Source: Phenylobacterium sp.
Lineage (GTDB): Bacteria > Pseudomonadota > Alphaproteobacteria > Caulobacterales > Caulobacteraceae
Reading direction: 5' to 3' (one strand)
Length of the DNA stretch: 64,000 bases
Assembly: GCF_020401865.1 (NCBI RefSeq)
Contig: NZ_JADCAS010000003.1
Shown piece after piece: positions 47,912 to 56,927 of the stretch. Each line of letters opens with the position of its first letter. Positions within the stretch are counted from its first letter, which is position 1. Made by a program: the position numbers and the translations under genes. The notes under the pieces are model-generated. The model had not been told where the DNA came from and did not search any database. It saw only the letters and a list, made by a program, of their open reading frames with translations.

Positions 47912-48775
47912 ATGCGCATTCTGGTCATCTTCGCTCACTACTTCGCCGCCGAGGCCAAGCCGCGGCACGCCTCGACGGACGGCAGCCGCCAGGCTGACCG
48001 TAAGGCGGCCGTGGAGGGCGCCATCCGCAGCTGGCGGGCGCACTTTGGCCCCAGCGCCATGCTCGACGTGGGCGCCCGGTCCTTCCATATGGGGCCCAGG
48101 TCGGAGGACACGGTGGACATCGTGGTCACCACCACCGGCGAGAAGCACCTGATGACGCCGGACTTTTGCACGGCCATGGGCGTCAAGGTGGCCAAGCACA
48201 ACCTTGAAGATCCGCGCATGCTCGGCTTCACCGCCCAGGGCCTCTTCTCCGCCTGGCGCAACCTCTATGACCTGTTCGTCTTCAGCGAGGACGACCTGAA
48301 GATCAACGACCCGACGTTCGTCGACAAGCTCGTCTGGTTCAACCGCACCTTCGGGCCGCGGCGGGTGCTCATGCCCAACAGGGTTGAGCTGAACCCTGCC
48401 GGTCATGCGCCCAAGACCTATATCGACGGGGACCTGGCGCCGGCGGTCTCGGACCGGTTGAAGGCCCATGTCGCCGACGAGGAGACCCTCTACGGCTCCC
48501 CTTTCGGCCGCAACGGCGTCTTCCAGCGGGCGCGCAATCCGCATTCCGGGTTCTACGCCCTGACCCGAGACCAGCTGTCCTACTGGATGAGCCAGCCCCA
48601 CTGGATGGACCGCGACTGCAGCTTCGTCTCCGCCCTGGAGAGCGCGGCCACCCTGGGAATCGCCAAGACCTTCTCGATCTACAAGCCCTTTGGCGCGTCC
48701 TCCGGATTCCTGGAGATCGAGCATCTCGACGACCGTTTCTCGACCATGAAGCTGCCGGTCCGCGAACGGCTCTGA
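47912..48775 (+). CDS. Hypothetical protein, possibly glycosyltransferase-like
   Basis: Strong GC3 bias. MRILVIFAHYF start, acidic FSEDDL motif, RVLMPNRVE and NPHSGFYAL. Confidence 0.6.
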   Translation: MRILVIFAHYFAAEAKPRHASTDGSRQADRKAAVEGAIRSWRAHFGPSAMLDVGARSFHMGPRSEDTVDIVVTTTGEKHLMTPDFCTAMGVKVAKHNLEDPRMLGFTAQGLFSAWRNLYDLFVFSEDDLKINDPTFVDKLVWFNRTFGPRRVLMPNRVELNPAGHAPKTYIDGDLAPAVSDRLKAHVADEETLYGSPFGRNGVFQRARNPHSGFYALTRDQLSYWMSQPHWMDRDCSFVSALESAATLGIAKTFSIYKPFGASSGFLEIEHLDDRFSTMKLPVRERL

Positions 48776-48785
48776 CGCCCCGGGC

Positions 48786-49808
48786 CTAGCTCCAGGGCCG
48801 GAAGTGCTTGGAGAGCTTCAGACCCTGCTTCTGGTAGTGACCGCCACCCTCTCCATACAGCCGCGAAGGTCGTTCGGTCAGGGGTTCGAAGACCAGGCGC
48901 GCCACGGTCTGGCCGTGCTCCAGCAGGAAAGGCGTCTCGTGACTGCGCACCTCCAGCACACCCCGGGAGCCCGCAGCCCCCGCCTCGGCGGCGCCGAAGC
49001 CCGGATCAAAGAAGCCGGCGTAGTGGACCCGGAACTCACCCACCGAGGGGTCGATGGGGGTCATTTCGGCCGCCTGCAGGACCGGGATCTCCACCGCCTC
49101 GCGTGAGGCCAGGATGTAGAACTCGCCGGGGTCCAGCAGCAGCTCCCCGCGACGCGGCGCAAGAGGCTCCCAGAAGTCCCGGGGGTCGTGGCCGCCGACC
49201 CGGTCCATGTCGACGACGCCCGCGTGGCGGCGGGCGCGGAAGCCGGCGACGGCCTCGCTTTCCAGGTCGACCCCGACGCTGACCGTGGCGAGGCGCGGGG
49301 GCTCGCCCCGCTTCAGGCGCAGCTGGTTCAGCCGGGTGCCGGTGCGCACCAGGACCGAGAAGGTCTGGGGGGCGATCTCGATGAAGGCCGGGCCCCGGTA
49401 GCCTTCGGCCACGTCGTCGAAGGCCGGTTGGTGGTCGGTGAGGAGGCGCACGAAGACGTCAAGCCGGCCGGTGGAGCTCTTGGGATTGGCCCGCGCCGAG
49501 ACGCCTGCGGGCAGGGCCAGAGCTTCCTGCAGCTCGGCGATATAGACACAGCCCCGTTCGAGGACGGCGCCGGCGGACAGGTCGATCTCGTGCATGACCA
49601 CGGCAGCCAGGCGGTCGGCGACGGTGCGGCCAGGCCGGGGCAGGAAAGAGGCCCGCACTCGCCAGGCGCGCAGGCCCAGGCGCAGGTCAAGGCTGGCCGG
49701 CTGGACCTGATCGGGATCGAAAGGGCGGACGGCGGTGATCGCCTCCTGTGCGATCAGGGCCTCCAGGGTCTGGCAGGGCAGAATCCCCGCAGCGGAAGTG
49801 TCGGACAT
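48786..49808 (-). CDS. dcd: 2'-deoxycytidine 5'-triphosphate deaminase
   Basis: QVQPASLDLRLG, ANPKSSTGRLDVF, GEFRVHYAGFFDPGFG and VLEVRSHE. Confidence 0.92.
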   Translation of the reverse strand: MSDTSAAGILPCQTLEALIAQEAITAVRPFDPDQVQPASLDLRLGLRAWRVRASFLPRPGRTVADRLAAVVMHEIDLSAGAVLERGCVYIAELQEALALPAGVSARANPKSSTGRLDVFVRLLTDHQPAFDDVAEGYRGPAFIEIAPQTFSVLVRTGTRLNQLRLKRGEPPRLATVSVGVDLESEAVAGFRARRHAGVVDMDRVGGHDPRDFWEPLAPRRGELLLDPGEFYILASREAVEIPVLQAAEMTPIDPSVGEFRVHYAGFFDPGFGAAEAGAAGSRGVLEVRSHETPFLLEHGQTVARLVFEPLTERPSRLYGEGGGHYQKQGLKLSKHFRPWS

Positions 49809-49915
49809 AGGGCGACACTCGCCGCCGGGGCGCCGAATGGCAAGGCCATCTGCACCTCCGCTTGACCTGCAGCGCCCAGCCCTGTTGAAGCAGGCTCCTG
49901 ACACGGAGACCGACC

Positions 49916-51100
49916 ATGCCCCAGAGCCCGAAGGACTGGCGCCCCCAGACCCGACTGGTGCGCGGCGGCATGGCTCGCTCGCCCTATGGCGAGATCTCCG
50001 AGGCCCTCTATCTGACCCAAAGCTTCGCCTACGACACCGCAGCGGCGGCGGATCAGCGTTTCTCGGGCGAGGATCCGGGCTTCATCTACCAGCGCTTCGG
50101 CAATCCGACGACGCAGATGTTCGAGGACCGGCTGGCCCTGCTGGAGGGCGCCGAGGTCTGTCGGGCGACGGCCTCGGGCATGTCGGCGGTGCATGTGGCC
50201 CTGCAGGGGCTGGTTCGGGCGGGCGACCACGTGGTGGCCGGCCGGGCCCTGTTCGGTTCCTGCCGCTGGATCCTGTCGCATTGGATGCCGCGCTTCGGCG
50301 TGGATGTGACCTTCGTCGACGCCACGGACCCGGCGGCCTGGGCCGCCGCCGTTCGTCCCAATACCCGCGCCTTCCTGGTGGAGAGCCCGGCCAATCCCCT
50401 GCTGGAGGTCACGCCGATCGCCGAGGTGGCCGTCCTCGCCCGCTCCGCCGGCGCCCGGCTGGTGGTGGACAACGTCTTCGCCACCCCCATCTTCCAGAAG
50501 CCCCTCGAGCTGGGGGCGGACATCGTCGTCTATTCGGCGACCAAGCATATCGATGGTCAGGGCCGAGTGCTGGGCGGCGCCATCCTGGGCGGCGCCGAGC
50601 TGATGGGAGAGGCCTACCGTGACATCCTGCGGCACACTGGGCCCGCCCTGTCGCCCTTTAACTCCTGGGTCTTGCTGAAAGGCCTGGAAACCCTGGATCT
50701 GCGCGTCCGGCGCCAGTCGGAGAATGCGGCCAGGGTCACCGAGTCCCTGGCCAATCATCCGGCGGTCGGTCGGGTGGTCTTCCCCGGCCGGAAGGATCAC
50801 CCTCAGGCCAACCTAATCGCTAGCCAGATGACGGGGCCAGGCAATGTCGTGGCCTTCGACCTTGGAACCCGCGAGCGCGCCTGGGCCTTCCTGGACGCCC
50901 TGGGGATCGTCGATATCTCGAACAACCTGGGCGACGCCAAGTCCATGGCGACCCATCCCAGCACCACAACCCACCGGTCCATGTCGGAGTCCGAGCGGCT
51001 GGAGATCGGCCTCACCGAGGGCTGGGTGCGGATGAGCGTCGGCCTGGAGGACGTCGAGGACCTGGCGGACGATGTCCTCCAGGCCCTCGACCGGGCCTGA
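49916..51100 (+). CDS. metZ: O-succinylhomoserine sulfhydrylase
   Basis: YQRFGNPT, ASGMSA, ESPANP, DNVFATP, PLP-lysine YSATKHIDGQGR and NLGDAKS. Confidence 0.92.
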   Translation: MPQSPKDWRPQTRLVRGGMARSPYGEISEALYLTQSFAYDTAAAADQRFSGEDPGFIYQRFGNPTTQMFEDRLALLEGAEVCRATASGMSAVHVALQGLVRAGDHVVAGRALFGSCRWILSHWMPRFGVDVTFVDATDPAAWAAAVRPNTRAFLVESPANPLLEVTPIAEVAVLARSAGARLVVDNVFATPIFQKPLELGADIVVYSATKHIDGQGRVLGGAILGGAELMGEAYRDILRHTGPALSPFNSWVLLKGLETLDLRVRRQSENAARVTESLANHPAVGRVVFPGRKDHPQANLIASQMTGPGNVVAFDLGTRERAWAFLDALGIVDISNNLGDAKSMATHPSTTTHRSMSESERLEIGLTEGWVRMSVGLEDVEDLADDVLQALDRA

Positions 51101-51109
51101 CCGGCTGGA

Positions 51110-51895
51110 TCAGAAGATCCCGTAGCCGCCGTCGATCAGGAAGCTGTCTCCGGTGTGGAAGGCCGAAGCGTCCGAGGCCAGATAGACAGCGATGCCACCG
51201 AAGTCCGCCGGCTGGCCCCAGCGCCGCACGGGTACGCGCCGGATCACCGCGTCGTTGAACTTGTCGTTGCCCTGGGCGCCGGCCGTCATGTCGGTGGCGA
51301 TCCAGCCCGGCAGTACGGCGTTGGCGCGCACGCCATATCGGGCGTGCTCCACGGCGATGGCGCGGATCATGGAGATCACCGCCCCCTTGGTGGCGGCGTA
51401 GGCCTCGTTGCGGGGGGCGCCGTCGTAGGCCGAGAGGGAGGAGATCACCACGAGGGATCCGCCGGCCTTGTCGCCGCCGTCGGCCCGCTCGACCATGTGT
51501 TTGCAGGCCTCGCGGAAGGTGAAGAAGACGCCGTCCAGGTTGACCGCGAGCACCCGTCGGTAGGTTTCCGTGGGGAAGTCGGCGAAGGAAGAGGCGCCGC
51601 CGCCGATGCCGGCGTTGGCGACCACGGTGTCGATCCGGCCCATCTGGCGGACCGCCTCGGCCATGCCCTCGCGCACCGCGGTCTCGTCGGACACGTCCAC
51701 CACCTGGGTCAGGACACGCACGCCGGCGTCCTTCAGGGTCTCGGCGGCGGCGGCGTTCTTCTTGCCGTTGGAGCCCCAGATGACCACGTCCGCCCCGGCC
51801 TGGGCCAGGGCCTCGACCATGCCGAAGCCGATCCCGCCATTTCCACCGGTGACCAGGGCCACCTTTCCTGTCAGATCAAAAGGCCGATAGGCCAT
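51110..51895 (-). CDS. Short-chain dehydrogenase/reductase
   Basis: TGGNGGIG, NAG, YAATK and PGWIATDM. Confidence 0.9.
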   Translation of the reverse strand: MAYRPFDLTGKVALVTGGNGGIGFGMVEALAQAGADVVIWGSNGKKNAAAAETLKDAGVRVLTQVVDVSDETAVREGMAEAVRQMGRIDTVVANAGIGGGASSFADFPTETYRRVLAVNLDGVFFTFREACKHMVERADGGDKAGGSLVVISSLSAYDGAPRNEAYAATKGAVISMIRAIAVEHARYGVRANAVLPGWIATDMTAGAQGNDKFNDAVIRRVPVRRWGQPADFGGIAVYLASDASAFHTGDSFLIDGGYGIF

Positions 51896-52138
51896 GGGTC
51901 ATCCTCCCGTTGTTGTGTCCGGAATGAAGGACCGCAAGGCGGCGGCGGGCGTCAAGCCGGATCAACGGTCAAGCGCGGGAAATTCGAGGTGGATGACGTC
52001 ATTGCGAGAGGCTCGCAGCCTTCCCGGGCCCTGGTCGGAGCGGCCGACAGCGTCGGGAAGGCCGCATGGGATCGAACAGTCAGAGAGGCGGAAGGGTTCA
52101 TGCAGGTCCCCCTTCCGCCCCAAGTCGTGGCTCAAGCG

Positions 52139-52885
52139 CTAGCCAGGAAGACCCGGCTGGCTCACCCGGCCTGCACCAGAGATGTTCTGTTCCAGACGGG
52201 CCGGTCTCCGGGTCAGTTCGATCTCGCCGATACCGGAGACATCGATCCTCGCCGAGGACTTCGGCCCGAGGGTCGCCTTGCCGGCTCCTGACAGGTCCAC
52301 CTCAGCTTCTTCCACCTCGAGTGCGGTGAGGTCGGCCGCGCCAGTCCCCGAGATGTCGAGCACCACCCGGCGGGTCTTTCCGGCTGCCGTGACCCTGCCG
52401 GCCCCGCCCAGATCGATCTCAAGGGTATCCTGGTCGTAGCCGCTGATCTTGAGATCCTGAACGCCGTCGAGTTCAAAACGCCTGACCGCGGGCGCTTCCA
52501 CGGTCACCTTGAGGGCGCCGCCTTTCCAGCGGTGGCCATCAAACTCGATCTTGCCGTTCCGGACCGAGACCTTGTCGAGTACGGCCGCGGGACCTTCGAG
52601 GCTGATGCGCCCCGCGGGTCCCTGGATGTAGTTGACCTCGGCGAAGGCGTCGATCTCCAGGGTGTCGGCGCCATTCCAGGGCATCTGGCGGGTTGTGCTC
52701 GGTCCCGGATCACCGAGGAAAATCTCGTTGTCGTCCGAGGCGATATGGATGTCCGCCTCCTTGGCGAACTGGGTGACCCTGTCCTTCAGTCCAGCGGCCC
52801 CGCCGGCGAGCGCAAGGGCTCCGGCCAGGGAACCGATGCAGAGGACGAAGCCGGCGGCGGCGATGAGGGCGAGTGTGCGGATCAC
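52139..52885 (-). CDS. GIN/DUF2807 (Toastrack) domain protein
   Basis: N-terminal TM followed by repeated beta-helix units (IDLGGAGRV, LDISGTGAA, VDLSGAGKA, IDVSGIGEI). Confidence 0.8.
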   Translation of the reverse strand: MIRTLALIAAAGFVLCIGSLAGALALAGGAAGLKDRVTQFAKEADIHIASDDNEIFLGDPGPSTTRQMPWNGADTLEIDAFAEVNYIQGPAGRISLEGPAAVLDKVSVRNGKIEFDGHRWKGGALKVTVEAPAVRRFELDGVQDLKISGYDQDTLEIDLGGAGRVTAAGKTRRVVLDISGTGAADLTALEVEEAEVDLSGAGKATLGPKSSARIDVSGIGEIELTRRPARLEQNISGAGRVSQPGLPG

Positions 52886-53457
52886 GAGCGGACCTCCTGA
52901 GCTTCAAGGGCGGGTTTCAGAAGCTTCAGGTGCAGGCGGCCATACCAGACAAGGGCATTGACCAGGCCCACAGTCACGAGCGCCGTCAGCGCGCCGACCG
53001 ATACGGAACCGGCCATGACGCCCAGTCCCGCAAGCATGGCGGCGCCAATGTCACGAATAGCCCCGGCCAGCGGACCGAGGACAAAGACGAAGGCGCCGGC
53101 GCCAAAGCCCACCACCGAGGTAATGGCGAACCCGAGGATCACGCCGAGGACTGGAAGAAGGATCGGCAGGATGATCAGGACATCGATCGCACCGAGACCT
53201 AGCAACCCGAAGATGGCCGTGGCGGCCGAGGACGGATTCCGCTCCGTCTCCCAGCGCTTCAGTCCCGCCTCGGCCTTGAGTTCACGAGCCAGCCGGCCCG
53301 GATCGCCCAGTCCGGCCATCACGTCGGCCTCGCTTCGGCCGGCGGCGACGCCTTCATCGAAGTGGGCGGCGTAGTCGGCCACATAGTCGTCGATCGTTTC
53401 CGGCGGCAGGCCGGCGAGACCGGTCCTCAACCGGCCCAGGAAGAGCTCACGGCTCAT
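52882..53457 (-). CDS. DUF1700 (HAAS-domain) membrane protein
   Basis: MSRELFLGRLRTGLAGLP...YAAHFDEG...G.SE.DV...LGDP..LAREL followed by TM helices. Confidence 0.85.
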   Translation of the reverse strand: MSRELFLGRLRTGLAGLPPETIDDYVADYAAHFDEGVAAGRSEADVMAGLGDPGRLARELKAEAGLKRWETERNPSSAATAIFGLLGLGAIDVLIILPILLPVLGVILGFAITSVVGFGAGAFVFVLGPLAGAIRDIGAAMLAGLGVMAGSVSVGALTALVTVGLVNALVWYGRLHLKLLKPALEAQEVRS

Positions 53458-53780
53458 TTTTCATCTCCAAGGATTTCGCCGACTGCGACGGAGAAGGACA
53501 CCCACTCCGCCTTCTGGGCGGCGAGGCTGTTCCGACCCGCGGGGGTCAGCCTGTAGTATTTGCGGGGAGGACCGGAAGAGCTTTCGACCAGGTAGGTGTC
53601 GACCAGTCCATCGGACTGCATCCGGCGCATGAGCGGGTAGATTGTGCCTTCGCCCATGTCTATCGCCGCCGCGAGGCGGGCGGCGATGTCATAGGCGTAG
53701 GCGTCGGCGCGGGAGAGCAGGGCCAGGACGCAGAGCTCCAGGACCCCTCTCTTCAGCTGAACCTGTACGGCTTCGGGCAA
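53454..53780 (-). CDS. PadR family transcriptional regulator
   Basis: QLKRGVLELCVLALL, YAYDI, EGTIYPLMRRM and GPPRKYYRLTPAGR. Confidence 0.92.
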   Translation of the reverse strand: MPEAVQVQLKRGVLELCVLALLSRADAYAYDIAARLAAAIDMGEGTIYPLMRRMQSDGLVDTYLVESSSGPPRKYYRLTPAGRNSLAAQKAEWVSFSVAVGEILGDEK

Positions 53781-53815
53781 GACAGACGCCTCCTTCTTCT
53801 GAGGAGATGTCTATC

Positions 53816-53863
53816 GCAAGGTATCTGTCAGTGCAAGGTACCTTTTTCGAAAAGGTACCTTGC
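53816..53863. promoter_or_regulatory. 17-bp-periodic triple operator including a perfect 14-bp inverted repeat upstream of padR
   Basis: GCAAGGTATCT (53816), GCAAGGTACCT (53833) and AAAAGGTACCT (53850). GCAAGGTACCTTTT-TCG-AAAAGGTACCTTGC spans 53833-53863. Confidence 0.7.
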
Positions 53864-53867
53864 CTCG

Positions 53868-54665
53868 TCAGGTTGCGGTCCAGCCTCCGTCGACGGACAG
53901 GGCCGCCCCCGTAGCGGAGGCGCCGACGTCCGAGGCCAGGTAGAGCAGCATGCCCGCCAGGTGCTCGTACTCGACGAACTTCTTGGTGGGCTGGGCGGCG
54001 AGAATGACATCTTCCATCACCCGGTCCTCGGGGATGCCCCTCGTCTTGGCCTGATCGACGATCTGGGCCTCAATGAGCGGCGTCTTCACATAGCCGGGGC
54101 AGATGGCGTTGGCGGTGATGCCCGTGCGGGCCAGTTCGACGGCCAGCCCCTTGGTGAAGCCCACCACCCCGAACTTGGCCGCCACGTAGGGCGCCTTGAA
54201 CGGTGAGGCGACGAGCCCGTGCGCCGAGGCGATGTTGATGATCCGACCCCGGCCCTGGGCCTTCATCACCGGGATGGCGGCGCGGCTGGCGTGGAAGGTG
54301 GAGGACAGGATGACGGCGATCAGGGCGTCCCATTTCTCTTCCGGGAACTCGTCCACCGGCGCGACATGCTGGATGCCGGCGTTGTTGACCAGGATGTCCA
54401 GCCGCCCGAACTCACGCACGGCGTAAGCGATCAGGTCCTTGATCTCCTCCGGCTTGGTCATGTCGGCGGGATGGTAGCGGACGGCGGCGTTGGTCCGGGC
54501 CTGCAGGGCCTGACGCTCGGCCTCGATCTTCGCCGGATCGCCCAGGCCGTTGAGCACGACGTTGACCCCCTGCTCGGCCAGAGCCGTGGCGAGGGCCTGG
54601 CCGATGCCGCTGGTGGAGCCCGTGATCACCGCCACATGACCCTCGAGTTTGTAGTCGACGGCCAT
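53868..54665 (-). CDS. bdhA: D-3-hydroxybutyrate dehydrogenase (SDR)
   Basis: TGSTSGIG, VNNAGIQHV, IASAHGLVASPFKAPYVAAKFG, CPGYVKTPL and AQPTKKFV. Confidence 0.9.
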   Translation of the reverse strand: MAVDYKLEGHVAVITGSTSGIGQALATALAEQGVNVVLNGLGDPAKIEAERQALQARTNAAVRYHPADMTKPEEIKDLIAYAVREFGRLDILVNNAGIQHVAPVDEFPEEKWDALIAVILSSTFHASRAAIPVMKAQGRGRIINIASAHGLVASPFKAPYVAAKFGVVGFTKGLAVELARTGITANAICPGYVKTPLIEAQIVDQAKTRGIPEDRVMEDVILAAQPTKKFVEYEHLAGMLLYLASDVGASATGAALSVDGGWTAT

Positions 54666-54669
54666 GGGC

Positions 54670-55461
54670 CTACTCCTTTTCGGCGCCGACGGGCGCAGGT
54701 TGGGGTCGGGAGAAGACCCATTCGTCCGCAGAGGAGTCCTCCGGGCGGAAGCGATAGCCATCGCGGTCGAAGCCCTTTAGGTCCTCGGCCCGGACGATCC
54801 TGTTGTCGATGGCATAGCGAGCCAGGGCGCCCCTCGCCCGCTTGGCGAAGAAACTGATGATCCTGGACTTACCGTCCTTTTCCTCGAGGAACTTCACCTC
54901 GATGACCCGCGCCCCGAGGGCCTTCCGGTCAACGGCCGAAGCGTATTCCTGAGAGGCGGCGTTGACCACGACGGGGTCGGCGTGCGCGGCGAGATCGGCG
55001 GCGAGACTGCGGGCCAGACGGTCGCCCCAGAAGGCGTAGAGAGTCTTGCCCCGGCGGGTCTTGAGGCCCGATCCCATCTCCAGCCGGTAGGGCTGGATGC
55101 CATCCAGGGGCTTCAGCACCCCATAGAGACCGGACAGGATACGCACATGATCCTGAGCCCAGGCCAGGGCGTCCGGATCCAGTTCTCGGGCCCGCAGGCC
55201 GGCGTAGACATCGCCGTTGAACGCGAAGGCCGCCTGTAGGGCGCCCTCGGCGTGGGGGTCGAAGGCCTGGAACCGCTCGCGGTTCAGGACGGCCAGCTTC
55301 TCGGACAGGTCCATGAGGGACCTCAGCTGGGCCACGGAGAGCTTGCGGGCGGCAGCGGCGAGTTCCGCAGTCTCAGCTTCCAGCCCAGGACGGGTCAGGG
55401 GCGCCGGGACCGGCGGCGGGTCGAAGTTCATCGCTTTGGCGGGGGAGAGGAGGATCAGCAT
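54670..55461 (-). CDS. yaaA: Peroxide stress protein YaaA
   Basis: MLILLSPAK, FNGDVY, ILSGLYGVLKPLD.IQPYRLEM, NAASQEY and FFAKRARG. Confidence 0.92.
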   Translation of the reverse strand: MLILLSPAKAMNFDPPPVPAPLTRPGLEAETAELAAAARKLSVAQLRSLMDLSEKLAVLNRERFQAFDPHAEGALQAAFAFNGDVYAGLRARELDPDALAWAQDHVRILSGLYGVLKPLDGIQPYRLEMGSGLKTRRGKTLYAFWGDRLARSLAADLAAHADPVVVNAASQEYASAVDRKALGARVIEVKFLEEKDGKSRIISFFAKRARGALARYAIDNRIVRAEDLKGFDRDGYRFRPEDSSADEWVFSRPQPAPVGAEKE

Positions 55462-55470
55462 GGTCGTCTC

Positions 55471-56880
55471 TCAGAATAGCACGCGCGGGTTCAGGATGCG
55501 GCCTGGATCGAGGCTGGTCCGGATCGCCATCAACAGGGCGACCTCGGTCGGGTCCTTCTGGCGTCGGGCCTCATCGGCCTTCATGACCCCCAGGCCGTGC
55601 TCAGCGGAGACGGATCCACCCAAAGCTATGGCGATGTCGTGGACCCGGGCCTGGCCCTCCGTACGGCGGGCGATATGGGCGGCGTCATCCCCGCCCTCCG
55701 GCCTCAGGACGTCGAAGTGGATGTTGCCGTCGCCCACATGGCCGAAGGCGCTGATCCGGCAGCCCGGCGCGAAGGCGGACATGGCCCTGGAGGCCTCGCG
55801 GATGAAGCGGGGGACCTGACTGACCGGCACCGAGATGTCGTGTTTCCAGGTGGCGCCCTCGGGCTTCTGGGCGGCGGACTGGTTCTCGCGCAGCGACCAC
55901 AGAGCGGCGGCCTGGGCCTCTCCTGCTGCAATGACCGCATCGCCGATGACCCCCGCCTCGGACGCGCCGGATAACAGGGACTCCATAAGGCTCCCGGCCC
56001 CGACAGGATCCGGGGAGGCGATCTCGATGAGTACGCGCCAGGGCGGTTCGCCGGACAGGGGATCCCGGTGGCCGGGAATGTTGCGAAGGACGAATTCGAC
56101 GCCCTGGCGGGCCATGAGCTCGAAGGCCTCGAGGCCGGCGTCGGCGGACTGGCGGGCCCGGGCGAGGAGATCGAGGGCGGCCTCGGGGCTCTCCACCCCG
56201 ACCATGGCCGTGGCCTTGCCCCCGGGACGTGGAAAGAGCTTGAGGCTGGCGGCCGTCACCACGCCGAGCGTGCCCTCCGCACCGGACAGGAGGCCCTTCA
56301 GGTCGTAGCCGGTGTTGTCCTTGCGCAGGCGCCGGAGGCCCCTCCAGATCTGGCCGTCCGGCAGCACCGCCTCGAGACCGAGGACGAGATCCCGGGCCGT
56401 CCCGAAGCGCAGCACCGCCACCCCGCCGGCGTTGGTCGACACCACGCCCCCGATCGTGGCCGTGCCCTCGGAGGCGAGGCTGAGGGGAAAGCGGCGCCCC
56501 GCCGCCTCGGCGGCCGCCTGGACCTCGGCCAGGGTGACCCCCGCCTCGGCCACCAGGACGTCGTCCACGGGGTCCACGTCGCGGATCGCTCGCATCCGGC
56601 GTGTGGACAGGAGGATCTCTCCCTGGGGAATCTGGCCGCCGACGAGACCCGTATTCCCGCCCTGCACGGTGAGAGGGACGCCCGCCTCCGCGCAGAGGCG
56701 GACCACGGCGGCTGTCTCCTCCGTGGAGGCGGGAGAAAGCATCAGCGGCGTCGCGCCGCTCCACCGGTCGCGCCACTCCACCAGACGGGGGGCGAGGATC
56801 TCCGGATCGTCCGTCCAGCCGTACGGGCCGACAAGGGCCTTGAGCCGGCTGAGCAGTTCGTCGGAGGGCGGACGGGACAT
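55471..56880 (-). CDS. FAD-binding oxidoreductase (D-2-hydroxyacid dehydrogenase-like)
   Basis: QGGNTGLVGGQIP, STNAGG, LRKDNTGYDL, GAEGTLG, FGHVGDGNIH and SAEHGLG. Confidence 0.88.
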   Translation of the reverse strand: MSRPPSDELLSRLKALVGPYGWTDDPEILAPRLVEWRDRWSGATPLMLSPASTEETAAVVRLCAEAGVPLTVQGGNTGLVGGQIPQGEILLSTRRMRAIRDVDPVDDVLVAEAGVTLAEVQAAAEAAGRRFPLSLASEGTATIGGVVSTNAGGVAVLRFGTARDLVLGLEAVLPDGQIWRGLRRLRKDNTGYDLKGLLSGAEGTLGVVTAASLKLFPRPGGKATAMVGVESPEAALDLLARARQSADAGLEAFELMARQGVEFVLRNIPGHRDPLSGEPPWRVLIEIASPDPVGAGSLMESLLSGASEAGVIGDAVIAAGEAQAAALWSLRENQSAAQKPEGATWKHDISVPVSQVPRFIREASRAMSAFAPGCRISAFGHVGDGNIHFDVLRPEGGDDAAHIARRTEGQARVHDIAIALGGSVSAEHGLGVMKADEARRQKDPTEVALLMAIRTSLDPGRILNPRVLF

Positions 56881-56927
56881 GACCAGGAAGTTAGGCGCTC
56901 GCTGCGCCCGAGGCCAGAGCGCCGGCC

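Noticed and set aside
49809-49915. Possible SAM-type riboswitch upstream of metZ
   Set aside because: Only a small CCTG-TTGAAG-CAGG hairpin; it does not match the SAM-II or SAM-SAH consensus.
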